A DNA stretch of 50,612 nt from Ktedonobacteraceae bacterium (GCA_025928885.1 JAICIM010000001.1:1-50612); one strand, 5' to 3'; numbered from the stretch's first letter, positions 39,342-48,343 are shown. The notes: generated from the sequence alone by a model not told the origin. Program-made: numbers and translations.

Positions 39342-39529
39342 TCAGTGTCTTTTCACTCCTATAACATGGTATCACATCGCCTCCTGTCTGCTGGAAATCC
39401 AATTGGAAACCTTGCAGTACATAACGAGCCTGTAAACACGATGGAAAGCGTGACCGATCCTGTCCTTCTTCGCCTGTATACTTTCTTTGTTGATGGTGAA
39501 AGAAGGAATGCAGCAAAGAGGAGGACAAA

Positions 39530-40675
39530 ATGGCAAAACGTATCCTGACGTTACGCGAACTCAACCGTGCCACTCTGGCGCGTCAATTGTTGGTGAAGCG
39601 AACATCATTAACCATTTTGGACGCGATCAAGCAGATTGCAGGTTTGCAAGCTCAGTTAGCCAATGCTCCCTATATTGGCTTATGGAGCCGCCTGCACGCT
39701 TTTCAACGCGACGATTTAACGCGCTTGTTTGAGCAGAGATTAGTGGTAAGAACATCGATGATGCGTCGAACGCTCCATCTGACGACGGCTGAGGATTATA
39801 TGCATTTCCGCCCTGCGCTCCAGATACTGTATAGCCGCCTGCTGCATACATACTTTGACAGGTATCGGGTCAATGATCGTGAGAAGGAGCTGCTGGTGGA
39901 AACCATGCGAGGGTATCTGCAAGAAAAGCCGCGTACAAATGTTGATCTACGTGCGAAACTTGCTGAGATGGCCCCCGATATGGATGAGCGCCTGTTGTAT
40001 ATAGTGCGTATGAGCATTCCGCTTATTCAGATCTTTCCCGGTGGCGTCTGGGGCGTTGGCGGTAGCCCGGCCTATACGGAAGCCTCTGCATGGCTCGAAC
40101 GCTTGTTTGTCTCCTCAGAGGTTGGCCTGCGTGCTCTTATTCTGAGCTATCTAACCGCTTTCGGTCCGGCCAGCGTCAAAGATATCCAGAGCTGGTCAGG
40201 ATTAACCAGACTTCAACCTGTTGTTGATGCGCTGAGAACAGAACTGGTGATCTTTTGCGATGAGCAGGGGCGAGAACTCTTTGATGTGCCGGGCGCTCCA
40301 CTGCCCGCAGCAGAGACGCCCGTGCCTATCCGCTTCATGCCAGATTTCGATAATCTTCTGCTTGCCCATCACGATCGCCAGCGCATCATAGCGGATAACT
40401 ATTGTCCATTCGTCTTTCCAGGTAATTCAATGGTGCTACCAACCTTTCTCGTTGATGGTTTTGTGCGCGGAGTATGGAAAATCGAGCGCACCACGACAGG
40501 GGCGAAGCTCCTGATCCAACCATTTGAGCAGCTGGAAAACAGCACTTGTGAGGCACTCCAGGCGGAAGGTGAGCGTTTGTTGCATTGGGCTGCGGAGAAA
40601 ACGGCCCATTTGGAAGTTGTATTGCAAATGTATGACGGAACATTAAGAGGGCAAAATATGTGGGGGCGCATTTAG
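39530..40675 (+). CDS. Winged-helix DNA glycosylase family (YcaQ/AlkZ-like, HTH_42/DUF1006)
   Basis: GAGGAGG precedes the ATG. The N-terminus has LNRATLARQLL and the C-terminus has FMPDFDNLLLAHHDR...FLVDGFVRGVWK. A Gln-Ala-Gln motif at aa 40-42 (39647-39655) lies where AlkZ-type enzymes carry their catalytic Q-hydrophobic-Q. Confidence 0.6.
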   Translation: MAKRILTLRELNRATLARQLLVKRTSLTILDAIKQIAGLQAQLANAPYIGLWSRLHAFQRDDLTRLFEQRLVVRTSMMRRTLHLTTAEDYMHFRPALQILYSRLLHTYFDRYRVNDREKELLVETMRGYLQEKPRTNVDLRAKLAEMAPDMDERLLYIVRMSIPLIQIFPGGVWGVGGSPAYTEASAWLERLFVSSEVGLRALILSYLTAFGPASVKDIQSWSGLTRLQPVVDALRTELVIFCDEQGRELFDVPGAPLPAAETPVPIRFMPDFDNLLLAHHDRQRIIADNYCPFVFPGNSMVLPTFLVDGFVRGVWKIERTTTGAKLLIQPFEQLENSTCEALQAEGERLLHWAAEKTAHLEVVLQMYDGTLRGQNMWGRI

Positions 40676-40858
40676 AAAAAATTGAAGGAGAGCATTTGAA
40701 CGGGTGAAAAGTGAATTCTTCGAGAGTGAGCAAGATGCGAGAAGTTTTTCTGCGCTGTGCATGCTACGCTGAAGAAGCTACGATGGTTAAGTGGCGCTGG
40801 AACGCACTTTTGTGTCAACTTATAACTCTGTTTGCTCAGTACGAAGGAGAACCTGATC

Positions 40859-41362
40859 ATGATCGGCAAACCGAAAGTGGAGAACCGCAACGAGCAGCAT
40901 TATGTAGCGATTCGTACCCAGGTCACAATGCAAGAACTGGGAGATGTCATACCGCGCTTGCATAGCGAGGTGTTTGGCTGGCTGCGTAATCAAGACAAGA
41001 ACCCTTTAGGCGGTGGTGCTCCCTTTATCCGCTATCTCGTTATTGACATGGAGAGACAGCTTGATATTGAACTGGCCGTGCCGGTTGCATTTCCCCTTTC
41101 TGGCAACGGTCGTATCACTCCTGGCGTGCTTCCCGCTGGTCGCTATGCCTCGCTCATCTATACAGGTCTTGTTGACGCTATACCGGCCAATAGAGCGCTG
41201 TTAATATGGGGAAAGGAGCAGGGGTTTGTGTGGGATCAGTGGACGACGGAGAAGGGCGACGCGTTCGGCGCTCGTATCGAATCGTTCCTGACCGACCCGG
41301 CAGACGAGCCAGATCAGGAAAAATGGGAGACTGAGGTGGCTATTCGGATCAAGGATGAGTAG
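40859..41362 (+). CDS. GyrI-like small-molecule-binding domain protein
   Basis: GAAGGAGAA precedes ATG 40859. The pattern HYVAIRTQV...FIRYLVID...LPAGRYASLIYTG...ESFLTDPADEPDQEKWETEVAIRI matches the GyrI-like/SOUL effector-binding fold. Confidence 0.7.
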   Translation: MIGKPKVENRNEQHYVAIRTQVTMQELGDVIPRLHSEVFGWLRNQDKNPLGGGAPFIRYLVIDMERQLDIELAVPVAFPLSGNGRITPGVLPAGRYASLIYTGLVDAIPANRALLIWGKEQGFVWDQWTTEKGDAFGARIESFLTDPADEPDQEKWETEVAIRIKDE

Positions 41363-41467
41363 CCCTGAGATGCCTGGTGATCGCGCCTTGCGTGTCTACG
41401 TTTTCCCCCTCTCTACAGTGTAAGGTACTAGACGCATACTTTTTGACAAAGAAAAGGGGGGATCGTT

Positions 41468-41941
41468 ATGGATGCCGTGCAAATATTGGAAAGTAGCCAT
41501 GCAAAAGTGCTAGCGACGCTCGATGATTTGTCGGAACCGCTGTGGGATGTACCCGGTGTTTGTGGCGAGTGGTCGGTGAAGGATATCGTAGCGCATCTGG
41601 CTTCCTATGAACGTGTAGTCATCGATGTACTGAAAACGTTTCAGGGAGACGAGCCGACGCCCTATATGTTGCGCTACTTTGCCGATAATGATGAGTTCAA
41701 CAAAGCACAGGTGGAGGCACGTAAATATCTCACCGCTCAGCAGGTTATGAACGAATATCACGACGCTGAGGTGCAGAGCGCATCGTTACTGGCGCTGATT
41801 CCTACCGATGTTGCCCAACAGGTTGGCACGCTGCCCTGGTATGATCAGGACCATTGCCTGAAGGATTTTATCGGTGTCCTCTACCAACATACCTGCGAGC
41901 ATTGCGAGCAAATCATTCAGTTTCGTCAGCAACAAGCATAG
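41468..41941 (+). CDS. DinB-like four-helix-bundle protein (DinB_2 / MDMPI_N-like; ClbS/DfsB-like possible)
   Basis: The N-terminal segment W..SVKDIVAHL and the C-terminal His pair (YQHTCEH) are typical of DinB-superfamily metalloproteins. Confidence 0.55.
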   Translation: MDAVQILESSHAKVLATLDDLSEPLWDVPGVCGEWSVKDIVAHLASYERVVIDVLKTFQGDEPTPYMLRYFADNDEFNKAQVEARKYLTAQQVMNEYHDAEVQSASLLALIPTDVAQQVGTLPWYDQDHCLKDFIGVLYQHTCEHCEQIIQFRQQQA

Positions 41942-41962
41942 GGGTGGCGTCTGGATAACATG

Positions 41963-42010
41963 AAAAAGGCGGTCATGAAAACCATTGCATGTTTTCATGA
42001 CCGCCTTTTT
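41963..42010. terminator. Bidirectional Rho-independent terminator
   Basis: AAAAA, then a 15-bp perfect stem ggcggtcatgaaaac / gttttcatgaccgcc with an 8-nt loop, then TTTTT. It lies between convergent stops at 41941 and 42013. Confidence 0.85.
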
Positions 42011-42012
42011 GT

Positions 42013-45000
42013 CTATAGTTGCGGGTGAGGAATACGTCCTCTATGAGGTCGCTCGCCGGGCTTTGGTTCTAGCGTCGGACACTCATCAGCCAGATGCAGC
42101 GCTTCGGCAATGGCTCGCTCCAACTGTGGATCGAACGCATGAACATAATCCTGTGGCGCAATATCGACCTCGATATCAGGCTCTGTCCCATAGTTCTCGA
42201 TATCCCAGCCGACATCTTTGAACCAGTTGGCATACTCCGGTTGGGTGGTATAGGTACCATCCACCAGCCGATGACGTGGCGAGATACCGATAACACCGCC
42301 CCAGGTGCGTTTGCCAATTAATGGACCTAAACCCATTAATTTAAAGCTGTGGCAGAAAATGTCGCCATCCGATCCGGCGTGCTCGTTGGTTAGTGCCACC
42401 ATCGGACCGCGTGGCGATTCGCGCGGATAGGGTGTTGGCTGCCCCCAGCGCGAGAATTTATAGCCGATGCGCTTGCGTGCCAGCTTCTCCAGCAGCAGAC
42501 CCGACACACGACCGCCACCATTCCAGCGCACGTCAACAATCAGTGCTGGATAGTCATATTCGGTCAGGTAGCTGCGGTGGAATTCGGCATAGCCTCTATC
42601 GGACATGTTGGGAATATGAATATAGCCCACACGACCACTTGATTGTGTATGAACCGTGCGGCGGTTGTTCTCCACCCACTCTCGATAGCGGGCGCTGTTC
42701 TCGTCGGCATACGAGATAGCTGTTACCGTGACAATGCGCGTCTCGCCGGTTTTGGCCGCCTCAAGGGTAAGCTGTACTTCACAATCTACCTGATTGACCA
42801 GTAATTCCTGCGGATTGCGCTTGCGTCCCACGCGCTGCCCATTGATCGCGAGAATTGTATCGCCAACCTCGATATTGAGTCCCGGTGAGGTCAGCGGCGA
42901 GGTCGCCTCTTTATTGGCCGGATCGCCTCGGACGATGCGGCCAATGCGATAGCGTCCTGCCTCAGCATCGTACCCCCAATCAACGCCCAGGAAGCCTTGA
43001 CGATAGATGCGTCCCTGGCGAACATCGCCCCCGTATTCGTAGGTGTGTGAGGTGCCAAGCTCGCCTTGCAATTCGTGAATCAGGTCGGAAAGCTCTGAGC
43101 GCGAACTGACGCGCTCCAGCAGCGGCGCGTATTGTGCGTAGATAGCATCCCAGTCTACGCCAGACATATCCTCTGCCCAGAACTGCTCTCGCTGCAACCG
43201 CCACGCCTCCGCAAACATCTGCTTCCATTCGCTCGCTGGTTGGACCGAGACCTTCACGCGATGGAGATCGATCCAACCGGTATCGCGCCAGTGGTCGTTG
43301 TTCTCTGGACGCGGTGGTTTCTCACCAGCTTTGATGACGCGCAAACGTCGATTGGAGCGATAGAGCAACATCCGGTTGTCGCGCGAAATGATCAGGTCGC
43401 CAACGCTATCGATGATGCGCTCGGTACGCTGGGTGTCGAGATCGTAGCACTCAACCCAGCCCTGTGATGATCCATTATGTGTGAGCGCACCCGTGACTGG
43501 AAAGATGAGGAAGAGCACTTTGCCGCGAATGCCTCGGATGGCTCCATAGCGCCCTTCGCCGAGTGGAAATGGAATCGCACGTTCGGTAATGCCTTCTAAA
43601 TCAATCACCAGTGACCGCGACTTTTTCGCCTCATCCTCTTTTTCGGTTTTCTCTTCCCTTTCGCCATTGACTTGCTTTTCGGGAACTGTATCCTGTGTTA
43701 CCATCTCCTCGGTTGCCAGCTCCTTCCTTCTGGTCGAGTTTTCACTTCTCTCAGCGAGGAGCTTTGGTTCAACGATAAACGGCGAACGGATATCACGTCG
43801 GAGAGGGATAGCGTAGGGCATCACGCCACGAGGAAAGCTCCATTCAAATTGCATGTTATCTGGAACAGGGTTGAAGATGCGATAACCCAGGAAGTAGAGA
43901 TACTTTCCATCGGGATCGAAGGAGGGGCAGACATCTTCCAGAATCGGCTCTGTGGCGAAATGGGTCTCGCCGCTTGCCAGATCACCAAGTTTGATCGCCC
44001 TCTTCTGATCTGTGCAGGCAAAGCTGTAGGCGATCCAGCGCCCATCGGGAGACCACGCGATATCGTGGATGCGCTCGTAATCGCTGCGGTCAAGCACTCC
44101 TGATTGTCCCGTCGTAAGATCGACAACGATCAGTTCTTGACGATGATTGGCGATGGCAACCACATCATCAGTTGGCGAAACCTCCATTTCTACCACACGA
44201 CCAAATTCCACCTCCGTGAAAATGTGCGGATCGTCGTCTTTATCGGGATCAAAGATAACCAGCGCCTCTCTTTCCGGCTGGTCACAGATAGCTACCAGTC
44301 GCCTACCGTCGTTTAGCCACTCTAGAAAACGATAGCGTACTCCATCTGGCTCGCCATGCTGTACAACGGCCCCTTCCCAGTTGCTCATCGAGAATGCTTT
44401 GCCGCGTGTCGTGAGGGCGAGGGCGTGTCCCTGGGGATGCAGGGCGACCGTATCAAGATAATAATCGGCAGAGATAAATTTGCGATTTAATTGCGTACGC
44501 TGACTCGGTAGGATCAACTCGACCTGCCGCACCTCATCAGCTTTGGGATCGAAAAGATAGAGATCTGCACCGGCCTGAAATACAAGGCGGCTCCCATCGG
44601 TAGAAAGGTGCCGGGCATAAAAATCATTTTGTTGTGTATGACGACGTAAATCTTCTCCATGAGGTGTACAAGAATAGATATTTCCAATACCTTCATGATC
44701 GGATAAAAAGTAAATACGCTCTCCAACCCAACATGGATCTGCCAGATTTCCCTGCAAACGCAGCAGGCGTTGAAACGTACCGCTGCCATCGCTATCACAC
44801 CATAAATGCCCTGCCGTCCCTCCACGATAGCGCTTCCAATAGGCTGGCTCCTCGATATTTCTGCCCAGTACTACCCCTCCTTGAGGGCCATAGGTGATAG
44901 CGTTTGCCATTCCAACGGGCAACTGTTGAGGTTGGCCGCCCTGTGAACTAATAGTGTAGATCACGTTGTAATCGTGAGTAAATTGGCCAGCACTGCTGGC

Positions 45001-45312
45001 ATAGAGTATCGCCGTACTGTCCGGCGACCAGCCCAGAACGGCGCAGGAAGAGTCGCCTTGAAAGGTCAAGCGCTGTGCAGGACCGCCGAGCGCTGGCATA
45101 ACATAGACCTCACTGGCACCTTCTTCGCGCCCGATAAAGGCCAGGAGTTGACCGTCAGGAGAGAAACGGGGATGACTGGCCCTACCGACTCCAGCCGTGA
45201 GGCGTTCTGCACGTCCACCCTCACACGACACTACCCACAAATCATCTTCTGAGACGAATACGATCTGGTCCTGATGAATAGTAGGGAATCGTACATACCC
45301 TTGCGATGGCAT
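42013..45312 (-). CDS. Tricorn protease homologue (beta-propellers + PDZ + S41 peptidase)
   Basis: The N-terminus YVRFPTIHQDQIVFVSEDDLWVV, multiple propeller repeats, a PDZ-like segment and a C-terminal S41 core with AGSDGD are present. The product is 1099 aa. Confidence 0.85.
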   Translation of the reverse strand: MPSQGYVRFPTIHQDQIVFVSEDDLWVVSCEGGRAERLTAGVGRASHPRFSPDGQLLAFIGREEGASEVYVMPALGGPAQRLTFQGDSSCAVLGWSPDSTAILYASSAGQFTHDYNVIYTISSQGGQPQQLPVGMANAITYGPQGGVVLGRNIEEPAYWKRYRGGTAGHLWCDSDGSGTFQRLLRLQGNLADPCWVGERIYFLSDHEGIGNIYSCTPHGEDLRRHTQQNDFYARHLSTDGSRLVFQAGADLYLFDPKADEVRQVELILPSQRTQLNRKFISADYYLDTVALHPQGHALALTTRGKAFSMSNWEGAVVQHGEPDGVRYRFLEWLNDGRRLVAICDQPEREALVIFDPDKDDDPHIFTEVEFGRVVEMEVSPTDDVVAIANHRQELIVVDLTTGQSGVLDRSDYERIHDIAWSPDGRWIAYSFACTDQKRAIKLGDLASGETHFATEPILEDVCPSFDPDGKYLYFLGYRIFNPVPDNMQFEWSFPRGVMPYAIPLRRDIRSPFIVEPKLLAERSENSTRRKELATEEMVTQDTVPEKQVNGEREEKTEKEDEAKKSRSLVIDLEGITERAIPFPLGEGRYGAIRGIRGKVLFLIFPVTGALTHNGSSQGWVECYDLDTQRTERIIDSVGDLIISRDNRMLLYRSNRRLRVIKAGEKPPRPENNDHWRDTGWIDLHRVKVSVQPASEWKQMFAEAWRLQREQFWAEDMSGVDWDAIYAQYAPLLERVSSRSELSDLIHELQGELGTSHTYEYGGDVRQGRIYRQGFLGVDWGYDAEAGRYRIGRIVRGDPANKEATSPLTSPGLNIEVGDTILAINGQRVGRKRNPQELLVNQVDCEVQLTLEAAKTGETRIVTVTAISYADENSARYREWVENNRRTVHTQSSGRVGYIHIPNMSDRGYAEFHRSYLTEYDYPALIVDVRWNGGGRVSGLLLEKLARKRIGYKFSRWGQPTPYPRESPRGPMVALTNEHAGSDGDIFCHSFKLMGLGPLIGKRTWGGVIGISPRHRLVDGTYTTQPEYANWFKDVGWDIENYGTEPDIEVDIAPQDYVHAFDPQLERAIAEALHLADECPTLEPKPGERPHRGRIPHPQL

Positions 45313-45647
45313 ACTGCCTCCTTGTTGTTTGAGGACTCTGTGTGTTTACCCTTTGGTACTTATTGTGTAGTACATGGGGCGGAATCACTTATAGGAGAAG
45401 ATATACAGTATTTATCGTATCAGGATACTGATACTACCTTAGATATTGGGTAGTATTGTATCACATCCATACAATTATGTCGAGCATAGAAAGAGCATGA
45501 ACGAATAACATATGATGTGACGCTTGCCTCTATGCTGCTAAAACAGTCTTTGAGTCTTACCCCTCTTGCCAGAATGTGAATTTGATGGTAACCTCAACCT
45601 GCTATAATTTCACCCAAAATAAATAAATAAGAGGAGAAACATTTTCT

Positions 45648-46421
45648 ATGACACAGACGGTGAATGGTCAAAATAAGACGCCACAGAGACGCAACCGTCC
45701 TGGTCAGCGTCAACAGGAACGCCTGATGCGTCAGCAGCGTCGGAACAAGCGCAGGCGAATATGGATTGCTAGCATTGCGGCGGCGGTACTTATTGCGGCA
45801 GGTGTAACCGGGCTTGTGAGCTATGAGCGCTATACAACTCAACAGACAGATGCCGCCAACAAGCTCCGCGATCAACATGCCACGGCAACGGCGAATGTGC
45901 ATGCGACGGGGACGGCAATTGTTGATGCTACCGCGACCGGTGAAGTCAATGCAAAGGCGACGGCAGAAGTGCAAGTCACGTCAACCGCCGCTGCAAAAGT
46001 GATGCTCACGGCGACCAACGGAGGCCCGGTTCCTTCCGCCGGTCCTGCCACTCCTCCGTCTGTTTCTGGCAGTCCGATTAAAATGGCTGATGGTTTGCAA
46101 TATATTGATATCAAAGAGGGATCTGGCGCGGTGGCGAAAGAGGGCAGTACGGTGAGTGTAGAATATACTGGTTGGCTGCAAAGTAATGGGAAAAAATTTG
46201 ATAGCTCTTATGATCGGGGCGCACAGCCATTTGATGTGACTCCTCTTGGGCAGGCTCAGGTCATTCCAGGGTGGAATCAGGGCCTGATGGGTATGAAGGT
46301 CGGTGGTACGCGCCGCCTGATTATTGGTCCTGATCTGGCTTATGGTGCCGCTGGATCTCCGCCCGTTATTCCCGCCAACGCCACACTCATTTTTGATGTG
46401 ACCGTGATTGGCGTGAAGTAG
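45648..46421 (+). CDS. Membrane-anchored FKBP-type peptidyl-prolyl cis-trans isomerase
   Basis: A highly basic N-terminus and one TM helix are followed by an Ala/Thr-rich linker. The C-terminal FKBP domain reads VSVEYTGWL.NGKKFDSSYDRG.PF...G...VIPGWNQGL.GMKVGG.RRL.IGP.LAYG. An extended -10 (TGCTATAAT) lies at 45600-45608. Confidence 0.85.
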   Translation: MTQTVNGQNKTPQRRNRPGQRQQERLMRQQRRNKRRRIWIASIAAAVLIAAGVTGLVSYERYTTQQTDAANKLRDQHATATANVHATGTAIVDATATGEVNAKATAEVQVTSTAAAKVMLTATNGGPVPSAGPATPPSVSGSPIKMADGLQYIDIKEGSGAVAKEGSTVSVEYTGWLQSNGKKFDSSYDRGAQPFDVTPLGQAQVIPGWNQGLMGMKVGGTRRLIIGPDLAYGAAGSPPVIPANATLIFDVTVIGVK

Positions 46422-46504
46422 GTATGGTCATTACCAATCAGGGTGTGTAATCCTAAGCTCGCAGGCGTGTCCATACGGTCCCGCCTGGACCTTCCTCTTG
46501 TTTG

Positions 46505-46531
46505 CATGCCAGTACCACGTGTACTGGCATG
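46505..46531 (+). terminator. Perfect 11-bp hairpin downstream of the FKBP gene (no U tract)
   Basis: CATGCCAGTAC-cacgt-GTACTGGCATG. Confidence 0.4.
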
Positions 46532-46591
46532 AGCTGTAGATGAAAATCTCCCCCGCTTAGTCTCTCAATCATGTCATGGCTTGCAGAATCC

Positions 46592-46621
46592 TTGACTTTT
46601 GCAAGCGCGATTCAGTATACT
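46592..46621 (+). promoter_or_regulatory. Sigma-70-type promoter of the uracil-permease leader
   Basis: TTGACT (46592-46597), an 18-nt spacer and TATACT (46616-46621). Confidence 0.6.
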
Positions 46622-46676
46622 TTCAACAATTTCAAACGATTTCACGTATGCTTGAGCAAGAAGGGAGCCTCTCCTG

Positions 46677-46790
46677 ATGTATCTCTGCACATGGATACGA
46701 AGAGATGACAGTATGTTGTTTTGTCGTGCTCTTCCACCTTCTTTGCAATTGCACTCCTTATTTTTTCCTCGTTCCAGTACCAGGGAATGA
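46677..46790 (+). promoter_or_regulatory. Candidate 37-codon leader ORF ending inside the attenuator hairpin
   Basis: GAAGGGAG lies 9 nt upstream of ATG 46677. The product is MYLCTWIRRDDSMLFCRALPPSLQLHSLFFPRSSTRE*. The TGA (46788-46790) lies in the 3' arm of the terminator stem. The ORF is in a different frame from the permease. Confidence 0.4.
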
Positions 46791-46801
46791 GGCTTTTTTT
46801 T
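46767..46801 (+). terminator. Intrinsic terminator (attenuator) in the uracil-permease leader
   Basis: The stem cctcgttcc / ggaatgagg is 9 bp with one G-U pair and an 8-nt loop. It is followed by C and eight T. It ends 40 nt upstream of the permease ATG. A T6 tract (46761-46766) lies immediately upstream of the stem. Confidence 0.65.
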
Positions 46802-46840
46802 GTGTTCTTTTCGATCAGCTTCTCAAGAAAGGTATTATTG

Positions 46841-48250
46841 ATGAGCGTAACGAACAACTCTGATGCGCGGCAGCCATTCCTGCAATCGTACTTTCCGCGC
46901 TGGAAGCTCAAGACTGAAGGCGTGATCGCGCCCGATGAGCGACTTCCCTGGGGGCAGACCATCCTGGTTGGTTTACAGCATGTTGTTGCAATGTTCGGCT
47001 CAACGGTGCTGGCTCCCCTGCTGCTTGGCTTCGATTCTAATACTGCTATCTTGTTTTCCGGGATTGGCACCCTGCTCTTCTTTCTGATCGTCGGGGGACG
47101 TGTGCCGAGCTATCTTGGCTCTAGTTTTGCCTTTATCGCGGTGATTGTGACTGCCACACAGTATGCAGGAAAAGGGCCAAATGCGCATATAGATGTTGCT
47201 CTGGGCGGTATTGTGGTGGCTGGCATCGTCTATGCCATTATCGCCGTGATCGTCATGCTCGTCGGGTATAAGTGGATTGAGGTGTTAATGCCTCCTGTGG
47301 TCACGGGCGCTATCGTGATGGCGATCGGGCTGAATCTGGCTCCCGTTGCTATTGCCGATGCCAGTGGCAGCGCGTTTAGTGGCTGGATGGCGCTGGTCAC
47401 GCTGCTGGCCGTTGCTGCTGTTGCAGTCTATTTGCCCGCAACATTGCGTCGCCTCCCGATCTTGCTCGGTGGCATTATTGGCTATATTGTCAGCTGGCTT
47501 GGAGGATTGGCCGGGCTGGGTCCACAGATCGATTTTTCCCCGGTTGCGAAGGCCGCCTGGGTGGGTCTGCCAACCTTTGCCTCGCCCACCTTTACAGGGA
47601 ACGCGATCAGCCTGATTGCCCCTGTTGCTGTGATCCTGGTTGCAGAAAATACCGGCCATCTCAAAGCCGTTGCCGCCATGACCGGTTCCAATCTGGATCG
47701 CTATCTTGGTCGGGCCTTCCTGGGCGATGCCGTTGCGACCATTATCTCCGGGCTGGGAGGCGGTATGGGCGTCACGACCTATGCGGAAAATATCGGCGCG
47801 ATGGCTGTGAGTCGTATCTACTCCTCTCTGGTCTTTGTCATCGCAGCGTTCGTGGCAATTCTGCTGGGCCTCTGCCCAAAGTTTGGCGCATTGATCGGAA
47901 CGATCCCATTGGGTGTGATCGGTGGCCTGGCGATTGTGCTGTTTGGTTTGATTGCTGCAACCGGAGGACGGATCTGGGTGGAAAATCAGGTCGATTTTTC
48001 AAAGAGTCGGAACTTGATTACCGCCGCCGTTTCGCTGACCATCGGTGCTGGCATGGTCGGCAACCTGGGGATAACGATTGGCAATCTCACGGTTGGTGGT
48101 ATCGGCGTTGTAACTTTCGCTGCCATCATCCTCTATCAGATCTTGCGTGAGCGGCATGCGCAGCCTGAAGAGGCGGTCAGCGCTGATTCAGCTGTTGGAC
48201 GCTATTCCGAAGAGACAACTGCGCAATCACCTGCACCATCTGAAGAATAG
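46841..48250 (+). CDS. pyrP: Uracil permease (NCS2 family, PyrP/UraA-like)
   Basis: LQHVVAMFGSTVLAPLLLGF...GIGTLLFFLIVGGRVPSYLGSSFAFI closely follows the Bacillus PyrP / E. coli UraA N-terminal pattern. About 12 or more TM helices are present. I take ATG 46841 as the start, because the track start at 46721 is a TTG inside the leader. Confidence 0.8.
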   Translation: MSVTNNSDARQPFLQSYFPRWKLKTEGVIAPDERLPWGQTILVGLQHVVAMFGSTVLAPLLLGFDSNTAILFSGIGTLLFFLIVGGRVPSYLGSSFAFIAVIVTATQYAGKGPNAHIDVALGGIVVAGIVYAIIAVIVMLVGYKWIEVLMPPVVTGAIVMAIGLNLAPVAIADASGSAFSGWMALVTLLAVAAVAVYLPATLRRLPILLGGIIGYIVSWLGGLAGLGPQIDFSPVAKAAWVGLPTFASPTFTGNAISLIAPVAVILVAENTGHLKAVAAMTGSNLDRYLGRAFLGDAVATIISGLGGGMGVTTYAENIGAMAVSRIYSSLVFVIAAFVAILLGLCPKFGALIGTIPLGVIGGLAIVLFGLIAATGGRIWVENQVDFSKSRNLITAAVSLTIGAGMVGNLGITIGNLTVGGIGVVTFAAIILYQILRERHAQPEEAVSADSAVGRYSEETTAQSPAPSEE

Positions 48251-48273
48251 GGTACTCGTAATTCTTTGGATAG

Positions 48274-48330
48274 GAGATAAAGCGGTGTGGCCCCTCTGCG
48301 GCGTTTGCACGCTGCTTTATCTCTTTGTAT
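48274..48330 (+). terminator. Terminator downstream of the permease gene
   Basis: gagataaagcggtgtg / cacgctgctttatctc forms a ~16-bp stem with G-U pairs, followed by TTTGTATGTGTATTTTG. Confidence 0.6.
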
Positions 48331-48343
48331 GTGTATTTTGTAC

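Noticed and set aside
46721-46840. N-terminal extensions suggested by the ORF track: the permease from TTG 46721, the nucleoside hydrolase from 27606 and the CoA-binding protein from 38086.
   Set aside because: The extensions lack homology to the respective families. They run through a terminator or through a neighbouring gene. In each case a downstream ATG sits where homology to the family begins, and the CoA-binding ATG has a good Shine-Dalgarno.
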